Of a stretch of 44,714 nucleotides of DNA, positions 15,727 to 25,382 are shown piece after piece. Position numbers and translations under genes: made by a program. The stretch spans positions 1 through 44,714 of the IMG/VR virus record IMGVR_UViG_3300046779_000684. One strand, given 5' to 3'. The notes under the pieces were generated by a model. It did no database searches. It was not told the origin of the DNA and saw only the letters and a program-made list of their open reading frames with translations. The stretch is from a virus. The first letter of the stretch is position 1; each line of letters starts with the position of its first letter.

Positions 15727-16473
15727 ATGTCAAGCAAATTAATCGCTATCGTAGGCCCTAGTGGTACAGGTAAATCTACCAGTATCCGAAGCCTAAACCC
15801 TAAAGAAACGTTTATCATTAACGTAGCCCGTAAAGAATTGCCATTCAGAGGTGCAGAGAAACTCTACAACACTGAAAGCAAAAACTACATGGAGGTTGAT
15901 GATATCCCACAAATTACTGCTTTACTCGGAACAATCAACGAGAAAGCCCCGCACATCAAAAACATTGTACTAGACGATGCTATCTACTCAATGTCTTTCC
16001 TGATGATGAAGAAAGCTAACGAGGTTGGTTTTTCTAAGTTTACAAACTTGGCTAAAGACGTTACTAACATGCTTACCACAGCTCGTAAACTCAGAAACAA
16101 CCTGAAGATTTTCTACGTCACTCACTCAGAGACAATTGAAGATGATGGCCGTATAGTAGGTCAGAAGATCAAAACCATCGGGAAAGCATTGGATAACCAA
16201 ATTGTGTTAGAAGGCTTGTTCACCATTGCTTTGTACACTCACGTAGACGAGGACAAGAATGGTATGGCAACTTACAACTTTGTTACCAATCGTTACCGTA
16301 ATTACCCTGCAAAGAGTCCTATGGATATGTTTGCAGACACCCTTATTCCTAATGACTTGCAGTATGTGTGCAATGCAGTCGATGCGTATTATGCAGATGA
16401 AGAAGCACCAGTTAATCCGGCTCCTAGAAAAGTAGAAGCCAAAGTAGAAGAAACCAAACCAGAAACCATTTAA
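15727..16473 (+). CDS. AAA-family ATPase (Sak4/AAA_24-like)
   Basis: GPSGTGKST, IVLDD, THSE, KTIGK, EGLF and AKSP. Confidence 0.85.
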   Translation: MSSKLIAIVGPSGTGKSTSIRSLNPKETFIINVARKELPFRGAEKLYNTESKNYMEVDDIPQITALLGTINEKAPHIKNIVLDDAIYSMSFLMMKKANEVGFSKFTNLAKDVTNMLTTARKLRNNLKIFYVTHSETIEDDGRIVGQKIKTIGKALDNQIVLEGLFTIALYTHVDEDKNGMATYNFVTNRYRNYPAKSPMDMFADTLIPNDLQYVCNAVDAYYADEEAPVNPAPRKVEAKVEETKPETI

Positions 16474-16483
16474 TCAAAAAATC

Positions 16484-17320
16484 ATGAATTTAAACGAATT
16501 AGAAACCAGAGAAGTATCAAACCGTAAGTATTATACCGGTTTTGCACCCATTCAGATCATCGCAGTTAACCCTAATGAGGATAAACTGAAAGACATTCTA
16601 GGTCTAGATGAAGTTAAAACCCCAGTATATGAAGGCGAAAAGAATGTTCGTCTTGACTTCTGGTATGTGAACCACCCTTCTAGCAAAGTAGAAATGCGTG
16701 GTAAGTTCTCTTTGTGGGTATCGAATAACACTCGTATCTCCAAGTCAGACAAGAAGCAATTCATTGACAACTTCACCAAGACTGCATGGGCCGAGAACCT
16801 TGCAGGTTTGAGTGACACTATGAGAAACTGGGACGAGTCACGTCGTCTTGATAAATCTAGTATCCGTGAAGCTAAAGAGGGCGAGGAGAATGTTTATTCT
16901 TTGATGAAAGCCTATGCTAACGCTAGTCCTAAAACCAAACCATTTGTGTTGGATGACTGGAATGCATTGGCAAAAGGTAATGGTAGTGAGTTGGAAGCTT
17001 TCTTCAAGCACTTCAACAAACTTAACGGAGGTATCAAAGTATTGTTTGGTATCAAAGACAGCAAGTATCAAGACGTATTCACTAATATTTTCTTGAACGT
17101 AGAAGGTCGTATCACTGACTATGTGAAGAAAGTAGTTGAAGGTGAGTATGGTTACAAGCATTACTATGCTAATTCTTATGACTTAAAAGAGTTTTCACCT
17201 GATGCAGCACCTGCTGAGACTGAGGTAGAAAACAGTGGTGTTACTGATATGTTCGGTGGAGGAGCCACAGAAACTCCTAACCCATTCGCAAGTAACGACG
17301 ACACTTTCCTAGAGTTTTAA
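16484..17320 (+). CDS. putative single-stranded DNA-binding protein
   Basis: Lies between the AAA ATPase and primase; acidic tail ending DDTFLEF. Confidence 0.55.
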   Translation: MNLNELETREVSNRKYYTGFAPIQIIAVNPNEDKLKDILGLDEVKTPVYEGEKNVRLDFWYVNHPSSKVEMRGKFSLWVSNNTRISKSDKKQFIDNFTKTAWAENLAGLSDTMRNWDESRRLDKSSIREAKEGEENVYSLMKAYANASPKTKPFVLDDWNALAKGNGSELEAFFKHFNKLNGGIKVLFGIKDSKYQDVFTNIFLNVEGRITDYVKKVVEGEYGYKHYYANSYDLKEFSPDAAPAETEVENSGVTDMFGGGATETPNPFASNDDTFLEF

Positions 17321-17327
17321 TTAATAT

Positions 17328-17352
17328 AGGGAGGTGTAACAGCCTCCCTTTT
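17328..17352 (+). terminator. intrinsic terminator-like hairpin
   Basis: AGGGAGGT-GTAACA-GCCTCCCTTTT. Confidence 0.7.
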
Positions 17353-17356
17353 ATTT

Positions 17357-18337
17357 ATGGACTTAGAACAAATTGAGATACCTCTGAGCGTAGATGCTTT
17401 ATACAAGCTAATAGGTGAGGAGCAGATAATGTCCTACTACATGAAGACGGACATTAATCTTAAGAAGCGTTATACAAATCCTTTCAGAGATGACAAGACT
17501 CCTGGCTGCTTCTTTCGCTGGAGTTCTGGTGGTCGTTTGTATTTCGTAGACTATGGTACTGCTCAGACCTATTACAGTTGTTTGGATATAGCAGTACTTG
17601 TAACAGGGTATTCTTTTCCAGATGTTCTGTACAAGATAGAGTCTGACTTTAACATCAAAGACTTAAACCTATCTGATAAGAATCGATTAGTTCTAGAAGC
17701 CAAACAGTTTGTTGCTCCTGAAGTAAAACCTGCAGTCATAAAAGTAAAATTATGTGCATTTACTAAGGCAGACCTGACTTACTGGGGACAGTTCGGAATT
17801 ACCCGTAGTATTTTAGAATACTACGACATCAGAAGAGTAGATCGTGCTTGGATTAACGATGACTTGTGGTACATCAATAATAATTTTGACCCCTGTTATC
17901 GTTACAAAGAGAAAGATAAGTTTAAGTTATACCGGCCCTTTGCTGACAAGCGAGTAAAGTTTAGGACTAATTTCTTTGGAGGTATTTTAGAGGGCTACAC
18001 CCAGTTGCCATCCAGAGGAACTAATCTAGTAATTACCAAAGGCACAAAGGACGTAATGACTCTACATTCAGTAGGCATTAATGCAGTGGCTGTAAGAAGC
18101 GAGAACACACCAGTTTCAGATAATGCTTATGAGTTACTGAAGCATAGATTTGAGAACCTGTACCTATGGTTTGACGCAGACGAGGCAGGTATCAATGGAG
18201 CCAAGAAAATGAGTGAGAAGTTCAACATCCCATTTCTTAGACATGATGCTAGCCTAGGCAAAGACCCTAGTGATATTTATCGAGACCACGGAAAAGAAAA
18301 ATTTTTAGAATTATGCAAAACATTGATGATTATATAA
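17357..18337 (+). CDS. DNA primase (DnaG-like TOPRIM)
   Basis: NPFRDDKTPGC N-terminal domain, K.YRP, VITKGTKD, WFDADEAG and KDPSD. Confidence 0.85.
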   Translation: MDLEQIEIPLSVDALYKLIGEEQIMSYYMKTDINLKKRYTNPFRDDKTPGCFFRWSSGGRLYFVDYGTAQTYYSCLDIAVLVTGYSFPDVLYKIESDFNIKDLNLSDKNRLVLEAKQFVAPEVKPAVIKVKLCAFTKADLTYWGQFGITRSILEYYDIRRVDRAWINDDLWYINNNFDPCYRYKEKDKFKLYRPFADKRVKFRTNFFGGILEGYTQLPSRGTNLVITKGTKDVMTLHSVGINAVAVRSENTPVSDNAYELLKHRFENLYLWFDADEAGINGAKKMSEKFNIPFLRHDASLGKDPSDIYRDHGKEKFLELCKTLMII

Positions 18338-18984
18338 AGACCTCTATCAAATATGCAGTAGAAAAGATGGGTGGGTATCCGGGAGATGCAGTACGTATCT
18401 ACCGAAGTATTATTACCCTAGATGGGTTTGACAGAAAGATTCGTAAAAGACCTGTGAGTAGTATTCGCACCAAGAGAGTGAACCCTGTTAGATCTACTAG
18501 AAGATTAAGTTTAACTGCTGAGGAGAAAACAATTTTTGACATCATTTACTTGCAGACAGATACTACCTTCGAGCAGTTAGAATCAGATAGTCGTAAGCGA
18601 GAGATAGTAGACGTGCGGAAGAAAGCCATGGTCATTTTTGCTGTTTACCTTGACTACAACTTAAAACAAGCAGGAGCATTGTTCGGCAATAGAGACCACA
18701 GTACGGTGATTCATGCAATCAATACCCATGATGACTTACTACAATCTAACAGTAGCTATGCAATTAAGTTCAAAAGGCTTCTGGATGAGATTAAAGAGCA
18801 GTTGCCTCAGTACTTTAACACACCGCCTGTAAGTATTTCTGACTTACGCAAAGAGTTTGACCAGGCTAAGTGGGACAGATTTGCCACTAAATGGATCAAG
18901 CAGAGGAGAGACAAACAAGAGTTAGAAGAAATCAAAAAAACTTTACTAGAGTATGAACGAATCAAAGAGAATAAACATACCTGA
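18313..18984 (+). CDS. DnaA C-terminal (domain IV) HTH protein
   Basis: SRKREIVDVRKKAM...AGALFGNRDHSTVIHA matches the DnaA signature. Confidence 0.85.
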   Translation: MQNIDDYIKTSIKYAVEKMGGYPGDAVRIYRSIITLDGFDRKIRKRPVSSIRTKRVNPVRSTRRLSLTAEEKTIFDIIYLQTDTTFEQLESDSRKREIVDVRKKAMVIFAVYLDYNLKQAGALFGNRDHSTVIHAINTHDDLLQSNSSYAIKFKRLLDEIKEQLPQYFNTPPVSISDLRKEFDQAKWDRFATKWIKQRRDKQELEEIKKTLLEYERIKENKHT

Positions 18985-19657
18985 TGACTGGTATGGTCAT
19001 CTAAAGGATACAATAGAGTCAGAGGAGTTTACCAAGATAGCCATGACTCTTAAGTTGGCTAGAAGCAAAAGACCTATCTATCCTAAATCTGACGAGGTAT
19101 TTAAGGCTTTTCAGTTAACCCCTTTCCACAAGATAAGGGTTGTTATTCTTGGGATGGATCCTTACCCAACAGAGCATAAAGGAGAACCTGTAGCCTGTGG
19201 ATTAGCATTTGCTCCTAGATACACAGAGTTTATGCCTCCGTCTTTACGGATGATCTACAAGAACCTAAAGGACACAATCTACGCAGATACTTTGAATTTT
19301 CCTGAAACTGACCTAGACTTACATAAATGGGCAGAGCAGGGAGTATTCTTATTGAATGCTGCACTTACAGTAGAGAAGAACCAAGCAGGTTCTCACCTTA
19401 GTTTATGGAGACCATTCACAGAAAAAGTAATTAAGACTATCTCTGAGAATAGTTCAGGCGTAATCTTTTGCTTTTGGGGTAAAGATGCACAACAATTTGC
19501 AGAATTAGTTAACCCTAAATTCCACCATGTACTTAAAGCACCTCACCCTGTATCAGCTGTATACAAAGGAGGTCAGTGGGAGTGCGACCATTTTGAAAAA
19601 ATTGACAGTATCTTACTTCATAACAACGGAGACACAATCAAATGGCTGAATTTCTAG
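18953..19657 (+). CDS. ung: uracil-DNA glycosylase, family 1
   Basis: VVILGMDPYP, GLAF, PPSL, WAEQGVFLLN and FWG..AQ...HP. Confidence 0.93.
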   Translation: MNESKRINIPDDWYGHLKDTIESEEFTKIAMTLKLARSKRPIYPKSDEVFKAFQLTPFHKIRVVILGMDPYPTEHKGEPVACGLAFAPRYTEFMPPSLRMIYKNLKDTIYADTLNFPETDLDLHKWAEQGVFLLNAALTVEKNQAGSHLSLWRPFTEKVIKTISENSSGVIFCFWGKDAQQFAELVNPKFHHVLKAPHPVSAVYKGGQWECDHFEKIDSILLHNNGDTIKWLNF

Positions 19658-19917
19658 ACAACAACAATAGTCTTATTAAAGAAGAGCTGCTAACCTACTA
19701 CCATTTCAGGGCTAGCGTACTCAAACACATTAAAGATCGAATGGAATCACTCAAGAACTCTATACAAGCAAGCGAGTACGACTATTGTACTACAGCCGGC
19801 CAGGTAATGGAACTTGAGAGTCTGAATGCTTTTATCAAAGAGCATGGCAGACACACTGAGACAAGTAAAATCGCAGAATCAACAGAAAAAACCAACCCAA
19901 CAAACACAACAAATTAA
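19642..19917 (+). CDS. hypothetical protein
   Basis: 91-aa ORF in the operon. Confidence 0.65.
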   Translation: MAEFLDNNNSLIKEELLTYYHFRASVLKHIKDRMESLKNSIQASEYDYCTTAGQVMELESLNAFIKEHGRHTETSKIAESTEKTNPTNTTN

Positions 19918-19919
19918 TT

Positions 19920-20789
19920 ATGTCAGTAGAACAAATTTTAGAACAAGCTCAAGCCAACTGGACTGTAAGTAAACACACTCTTTATGGCCCACAAGGACAA
20001 GAAACTCAAGGCTTTGGTATCTTTAGAGATGATACCCAAGCATGTTTAGGTATTGTAGGTAGTAAGTACACTCCTACGCAAAACCGTGAGATTGCAGAAA
20101 CCCTGTATGAAGCAGCCGGTCAACAGAACCTAGTGATTAGTAGAGCAGGTATGCTCGGTAATGGTCAGAAGGTTTACTTTCAGTTAGGATTACCTGATGT
20201 TCGCATCGGTGGTTCAGACTCTAAGCGATTCTTGACTGCCTTGACCTCACACGATGGTTCAGCACCTATCGGTTTCGGTACCACCAACGTAGTAGTAGTT
20301 TGTGCCAACACATTCTTCTCTGCTTTGAAGGACATGCAGCGTGTTCGTCACACCGCTAACTCAAAAGCAAAGATCTCTTTGATTAGTGCTCAACTCCGTA
20401 ACTCTGTGTTCCAGGAAGAAGCATTGATTGAAGTTATGATGCAGATGAGCAAAACAACAATCCCTAGTAAGATTACTGATGAGTTCTTGCTTAGCATTAT
20501 TGGTGGTGACGAAGAGTTCACTCGTACTAAGAACCGTTTGAATAACTTCCGTGTAGCAATGACTACCGAGTTCAATACTCACGGAGAAACTGCTTACGGA
20601 TTGTTTAACGCTGTGACTCGCTACACAAACCATATGCTTACCTACAAGGACATTGAGGCCAAGCGTAATGCTTTGATGAGTGGCATTGCTTTCAGAACCA
20701 ATCAGAAGGGTTTTGATACAATCTACAGGGAATTTGTAGAGCCAACTATCGACAAGACTTACCATTTGGTAGGACTTGAACCTGCTTAA
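19920..20789 (+). CDS. DUF932 family protein
   Basis: LGIVG.KY...QN, SHDGS, VVCANT, RHT and AYGLFNAVT.Y..H. Confidence 0.88.
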   Translation: MSVEQILEQAQANWTVSKHTLYGPQGQETQGFGIFRDDTQACLGIVGSKYTPTQNREIAETLYEAAGQQNLVISRAGMLGNGQKVYFQLGLPDVRIGGSDSKRFLTALTSHDGSAPIGFGTTNVVVVCANTFFSALKDMQRVRHTANSKAKISLISAQLRNSVFQEEALIEVMMQMSKTTIPSKITDEFLLSIIGGDEEFTRTKNRLNNFRVAMTTEFNTHGETAYGLFNAVTRYTNHMLTYKDIEAKRNALMSGIAFRTNQKGFDTIYREFVEPTIDKTYHLVGLEPA

Positions 20790-20815
20790 CTTTGTAGGTT
20801 ATAACTTTATATGTT

Positions 20816-20842
20816 AAGGGCAAGAGAATTCTTTTGCCCTTT
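20816..20842 (+). terminator. intrinsic terminator-like hairpin
   Basis: AAGGGCAAGAG-AATT-CTTTTGCCCTT. Confidence 0.7.
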
Positions 20843-20862
20843 AATTTTATTTATTATATTTG
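20833..20862 (+). promoter_or_regulatory. Bacteroidota sigma-A type promoter (-33/-7)
   Basis: TTTG-N18-TATATTTG, 4 nt before ATG 20867. Confidence 0.6.
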
Positions 20863-20866
20863 TTTT

Positions 20867-21514
20867 ATGCTGAGAAAAACAGTTAAAAAAGTGCCTATTA
20901 AAGGAGTAATTGAAAAACCCTTAGTAGAGACAATTTGTTCAGAATGCGGTAAAAAACGCCCGTTTGCTAACAAAACGAAGAAGTTATGTGCCGTTTGTGT
21001 GAAAAAATCACAAAAAGAGAAGTTAAAGGAAAAACGTGCTAAAGTGCGTGAGAAGAAGGCAAGTACCATCACCCAAGCCAAGTTAGACCAAATGACTTCC
21101 TGGTTGATTAGAGCCGCCTACGAGGAGAAATGCTATGCCTGTGAAGTCAGGTTGCCTAGAAAAAGTTTACAATGCTGTCACTTTGTGAGTAGAACAAAGA
21201 GTATCACTCGATTTGACGTACGCAACATGCTTCCTGGGTGCCCTACCTGTAACATGTATACGCCTCACCACGTTTGGAACTTAGGTAAGTCTATCAATAA
21301 TGTTTGGGGAGAAGAGACAACTGAGACACTTCTAGAACTCGCAGCTACTAGTCTAAAGATGAACAACACGGACCGTAGAGAGATTTATGACATCTACAAA
21401 GTAGCACTTGAGAAGTTAGAGTCCCAGTCCTTGTCTGATAGTAAGAAAGCAGACTTGATGGCAGACTGTTACTACCACTACTTATGTGTTATTAGTAAAC
21501 TAATTAAGCGATGA
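20867..21514 (+). CDS. NinG/Rap-like HNH recombination endonuclease
   Basis: CSEC...CAVC finger, basic helix, CYAC...CCHFVSR...RFD..N...CPTCN. Confidence 0.8.
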   Translation: MLRKTVKKVPIKGVIEKPLVETICSECGKKRPFANKTKKLCAVCVKKSQKEKLKEKRAKVREKKASTITQAKLDQMTSWLIRAAYEEKCYACEVRLPRKSLQCCHFVSRTKSITRFDVRNMLPGCPTCNMYTPHHVWNLGKSINNVWGEETTETLLELAATSLKMNNTDRREIYDIYKVALEKLESQSLSDSKKADLMADCYYHYLCVISKLIKR

Positions 21515-23514
21515 TAGGATTTGTAACAGAGGACCCAGCAGTTATCAGAAACCTCAAGCTGAAGCCTGAGGATAACATTGTTTTCTGTAGCAAAGAACAG
21601 GCTTTGTCTTTACTTCAAACAAAAGACACACTAGGCTTTGACTCAGAGACTCTCGGCTTTGACCCCTACACAACCGATCTAGTCACAATACAACTAGGTA
21701 ATGATGTACACCAGTTTGTGATAGACGTAAAGAGTGTAGACATTCAGTTCTTCAAAGAGCTGTTAGAGACCAAAGAACTTATCGGCCACAACTTGAAGTT
21801 CGACTTGAAGTTCCTTTACCATGAGAGGATTATTCCTTACAAGGTCTACGATACTTTCTTAGGCGAGAAGACCACCAGGTTAGGTATAGACAGTCACAGA
21901 TGTAGTTTAGATGCGTGCGTCTATCGTCACCTGGGAATCGTTCTAGACAAGACCGAGCGTAAGAATATCAACGGTAAGTTTACTCCGTCCTTTATTCTTT
22001 ACTCTGCACTTGACGTTGCTTACCTGCATAAACTCAAAGAGATTCAACTAGAGATACTTGAGAAGCAAGGTTCTTTGAAGTCAATTGAACTTGATAACCG
22101 GTTTGTAAAGGTTCTAGCTTACATCGAGTACTGCGGTATCAAACTAGATGAGGGTAAGTGGCGTGTGAAGATGGCTAAGACCAAACTTGACCTCGATAAA
22201 GCTGAGGCAGAACTCAATGAGTTTGTGCTTGAGAATAAGATGGTTAAGTTTATCGAACGTCAGTTAGATATGTTCAACACTCAAATCAAGGCAAGTGTTA
22301 ATTGGAACTCCTCACAGCAAGTAGTCGAGTTCTTTAAGGCTTTGGGTGTAGATACTAAAGTCGTAGAGAAGGGAGTAGAGAAGGATACAATAGAAGCAAG
22401 TCACTTAGGTAAATTTGTTAAGGATTATCCTATCATTGAAAACTATCTCAACTACAAACAAGCTCAGAAGGATCTAGGTACTTACGGAGAGAACTGGATT
22501 AGACTAATTAATCCTGTAAGCGGTAGAATCCACACACAGTACAAACAGTTAATGAACACAGGTCGTCTATCTAGTGGTGGTAGAAACAAAGAAACCGGTG
22601 AAGCATACCCTAACTTACAAAATATACCTAGCGATGAAGAGACACGCAGTTGTTTTGTAGCAGAGAATGGTAATGTTATCATTGGATGTGACTACACAGG
22701 TCAAGAACAGATTGTTCTAGTGAACAAATGTCTTGACGCTAACTTACTAGAGTTTTACGACAAGAATCTGGGTGACATGCACAGCTTCGTTGCATCCAAA
22801 ATGTATGACGAGTTAGATGGTATGGACTTAGATGAGATTAAAAAGAAGCACAAGGATAAGCGTCAGTCTGCTAAGGTTGCTGGCTTTGCAATTAACTACG
22901 GTGGTAGCGGCATAGGTATTGCCGACCAACTAGGATTAAGCGTTGAGCAGGGACAAAAGATTTACGATGCATACTTTGCTGCGTTTCCGGGATTAAAAGC
23001 CTACTTTGACCAAGCCAAGAAGTTTGGCGTAGACAATGGCTATGTACTAATCTCGGCAGTAACAGGTAAGAAATCCTATGTGGACTATTACGATGAGTTT
23101 CTCGAAGCAAAGAAAGCTGTAAGTGTTAAGGGCTTCTGGGATAACTACAAAAAACACAGAGAACACAAAACAGCATCTTACTCTAAAATTAAACAACAAG
23201 TATCTACCTTCTTTAGTAAGAAAGGTCAAATAGAACGTATGTCCTTGAACTACCCTATCCAAGGTGAGTCTGCGGAGATAACCAAGCTATCTTGTGTTTA
23301 CTTTTGGGAAGATTACTTACTACCGAATAACCTATTGTTTACGGTAAAATTTATTAACACGGTTCACGACGAGAACTTAGTGGAGTGTCCTGAGTCTTTA
23401 TCAGGAGAAATTGCAAACGCACTAGAAAGTGCAATGGTAAAAGCAGGGGCTGTCTTCTGTAAGCGAGTACCGCTTAAGGCAGATCCTTGCATAGAAAAAT
23501 TCTGGAAAAAATAA
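21511..23514 (+). CDS. polA: family A DNA polymerase with 3'-5' exonuclease
   Basis: DSETLG, GHNLKFD, YSALDV, TGRLSS, PNLQNIP, DYTGQE, RQSAKVAGFAINYG (Phe at the E. coli 762-equivalent) and VHDE. Confidence 0.96.
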   Translation: MIGFVTEDPAVIRNLKLKPEDNIVFCSKEQALSLLQTKDTLGFDSETLGFDPYTTDLVTIQLGNDVHQFVIDVKSVDIQFFKELLETKELIGHNLKFDLKFLYHERIIPYKVYDTFLGEKTTRLGIDSHRCSLDACVYRHLGIVLDKTERKNINGKFTPSFILYSALDVAYLHKLKEIQLEILEKQGSLKSIELDNRFVKVLAYIEYCGIKLDEGKWRVKMAKTKLDLDKAEAELNEFVLENKMVKFIERQLDMFNTQIKASVNWNSSQQVVEFFKALGVDTKVVEKGVEKDTIEASHLGKFVKDYPIIENYLNYKQAQKDLGTYGENWIRLINPVSGRIHTQYKQLMNTGRLSSGGRNKETGEAYPNLQNIPSDEETRSCFVAENGNVIIGCDYTGQEQIVLVNKCLDANLLEFYDKNLGDMHSFVASKMYDELDGMDLDEIKKKHKDKRQSAKVAGFAINYGGSGIGIADQLGLSVEQGQKIYDAYFAAFPGLKAYFDQAKKFGVDNGYVLISAVTGKKSYVDYYDEFLEAKKAVSVKGFWDNYKKHREHKTASYSKIKQQVSTFFSKKGQIERMSLNYPIQGESAEITKLSCVYFWEDYLLPNNLLFTVKFINTVHDENLVECPESLSGEIANALESAMVKAGAVFCKRVPLKADPCIEKFWKK

Positions 23515-23532
23515 AAACTAAACCTTAAAATT

Positions 23533-24084
23533 ATGGGAGCAAGTCAATTTTACGACAAAACAAGAGCTAATTCAATGCAGCAAGCGTACCAAGCACTAGT
23601 AAATGACGCTATTAGTGAGTATGGTCACGACAGTTACAATGGTACCATCAGTACCACAGCAGGGTTTGTAGACAAAACTGCTGAGTGGAAAAAGAGTAAA
23701 CTATCTTTGAGAGAGTTCATAGACAAGAACTATGATAATACCTCTAAGTTTGCCCCTTGCTGGGGTATTTGTGAAGCAGAGCCAGTAGAAAACAGGCTTA
23801 AGATTAAAACTCAAGTAGAAGACATAGTAGTACCTGGTACTAAGAAGTGGGACTTGGTTTACTTTGTATTAGATAATCATGGCAACAAGATTAACAGCAG
23901 TGGTCACAAAACTGAGGCTGTTAAATTGGCTCGTCAGTTTACAGAGAAAACTGGAACTAATACTACAGTTATCATGGAGAGAGTGTTGGTTAGTTGTAGT
24001 CCTGTTGTTGCTAGAATCAAGTACAAGCACGACAAGAATCAAAGGCCAGGTATCTATCACTTCTTTGGTTGGGCAGCAGAGTAA
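23533..24084 (+). CDS. hypothetical protein
   Basis: 183 aa (YGHDSYNGTIST...YHFFGWAAE). Confidence 0.8.
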   Translation: MGASQFYDKTRANSMQQAYQALVNDAISEYGHDSYNGTISTTAGFVDKTAEWKKSKLSLREFIDKNYDNTSKFAPCWGICEAEPVENRLKIKTQVEDIVVPGTKKWDLVYFVLDNHGNKINSSGHKTEAVKLARQFTEKTGTNTTVIMERVLVSCSPVVARIKYKHDKNQRPGIYHFFGWAAE

Positions 24085-24443
24085 TGGATACGTTTAAAGT
24101 AGAGATAGACAGTAAGCACACTGTCTGGTACAGGACAACCATAATAATGGAAGCAGCATCGTTAGAAGAAGCCAAGAAGAAAGCTAAAGTAATCTTTGAT
24201 GAGGAGACTGAGTGGGATCAAGAAGGATTCTTCGGTGGACCTATGGAAGAAACACTTGAGTATATGACTGTTGCTGATAATGATGAAGCTTCAACTAGAG
24301 AGTTGTATGTAGATGGCGAGTTTGTGGCCGACAACTTAGTTGACGAAGACACCTCTGACTATGATGACGATCCTGCCTTTGACCACCTAAGGGATGAGGA
24401 GGCAAACTTCATAGCAGACCAAAGAGAACAGGAGAATAACTAA
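24084..24443 (+). CDS. hypothetical acidic protein
   Basis: TAATG coupling at both ends. Confidence 0.75.
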   Translation: MDTFKVEIDSKHTVWYRTTIIMEAASLEEAKKKAKVIFDEETEWDQEGFFGGPMEETLEYMTVADNDEASTRELYVDGEFVADNLVDEDTSDYDDDPAFDHLRDEEANFIADQREQENN

Positions 24444-25099
24444 TGGCAAATCATTGTTACAACTATGTTAGTGGGTCGGGTTCTGAAAAGGACCTGACTC
24501 GCTTACAGGCAATAGTTACTATCTTATCTAAAGAAGGAGATAGTGTAGGGAGTTACATTAGTTGTTGGCGTGACATTTATCCAAAATTCTTCCCTGAAGT
24601 AGACGGTAAGGAAGAAGATCCAGATGATAATAAGACTTGGGATGTCTATGATGATTGGGGTTCTAAGTGGTTTGAAGCAGAGTTTGATGTTAATCCTGAA
24701 GATGGTTCACTTACTATCTGCGGAGATTCTGCCTGGAGTCCTGTAATACCTTTCTTTATTAGACTTGCGCAAGAGTTTAAGCTAGAACTCGAAGGTTTTT
24801 ATGAAGAAGGGGGAATGGATTTTGCAGGAGAGTACACTATTGATGCTAATGGAAACTTTGATGAGGTTCAGATGACTTACCGTGAGTTCCAACAGAAGCA
24901 CAACCCAGAATGTTTTTGGGATGATGTAATAAATTGGATTGATGATGGTCACTTCAAAACCCTAGAAGATATTCTAGTAGAGTTTAAGGATGACTATTGG
25001 GGACCACTGACTCAAGAAGAGAAGGACGAGTTAAAGAAAGCATTAGATGAGTTCTTAGCAAGGGAGAAGGAGAGATTAGACGGTGAAAAAACCAACTGA
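24443..25099 (+). CDS. DUF1281/YubB ferredoxin-like domain protein
   Basis: MANHCYN, WGSKW, DSAWSP and YEEGGMDFAG. Confidence 0.7.
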   Translation: MANHCYNYVSGSGSEKDLTRLQAIVTILSKEGDSVGSYISCWRDIYPKFFPEVDGKEEDPDDNKTWDVYDDWGSKWFEAEFDVNPEDGSLTICGDSAWSPVIPFFIRLAQEFKLELEGFYEEGGMDFAGEYTIDANGNFDEVQMTYREFQQKHNPECFWDDVINWIDDGHFKTLEDILVEFKDDYWGPLTQEEKDELKKALDEFLAREKERLDGEKTN

Positions 25100-25382
25100 G
25101 GAGCAAGTAATGAAGGATGTGAGAAGGGCCTACCTATTAGCGAAGGCCCTTAACATCCAATATCAATTTATCCGTGAGTATCTAAACCCTGACTTAGTCA
25201 AGGCTATTAACAGCGCAAAGGCTAGTAACTCATTCTTTATTAAGCAGATTACTTCCGCATTCACCAAGAGAAGAATGGATAACCTGCTAGATATTGATGA
25301 GGAGTTAGCATTTAGATTACTTGAAGAATTAGAAAAACAAGATGTCAGTAACGAGAATACACCTGCCGGGGAAACTCAGTAA
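25083..25382 (+). CDS. hypothetical protein
   Basis: 99-aa ORF (GTG start). Confidence 0.65.
   Translation: MKKPTEEQVMKDVRRAYLLAKALNIQYQFIREYLNPDLVKAINSAKASNSFFIKQITSAFTKRRMDNLLDIDEELAFRLLEELEKQDVSNENTPAGETQ

Noticed and set aside
21511-23514. Intein or intron in PolA (also checked DnaB and the RNAP fragment)
   Set aside because: Motifs are contiguous at normal spacing, with no intein C/S...HN termini or homing-endonuclease motifs seen
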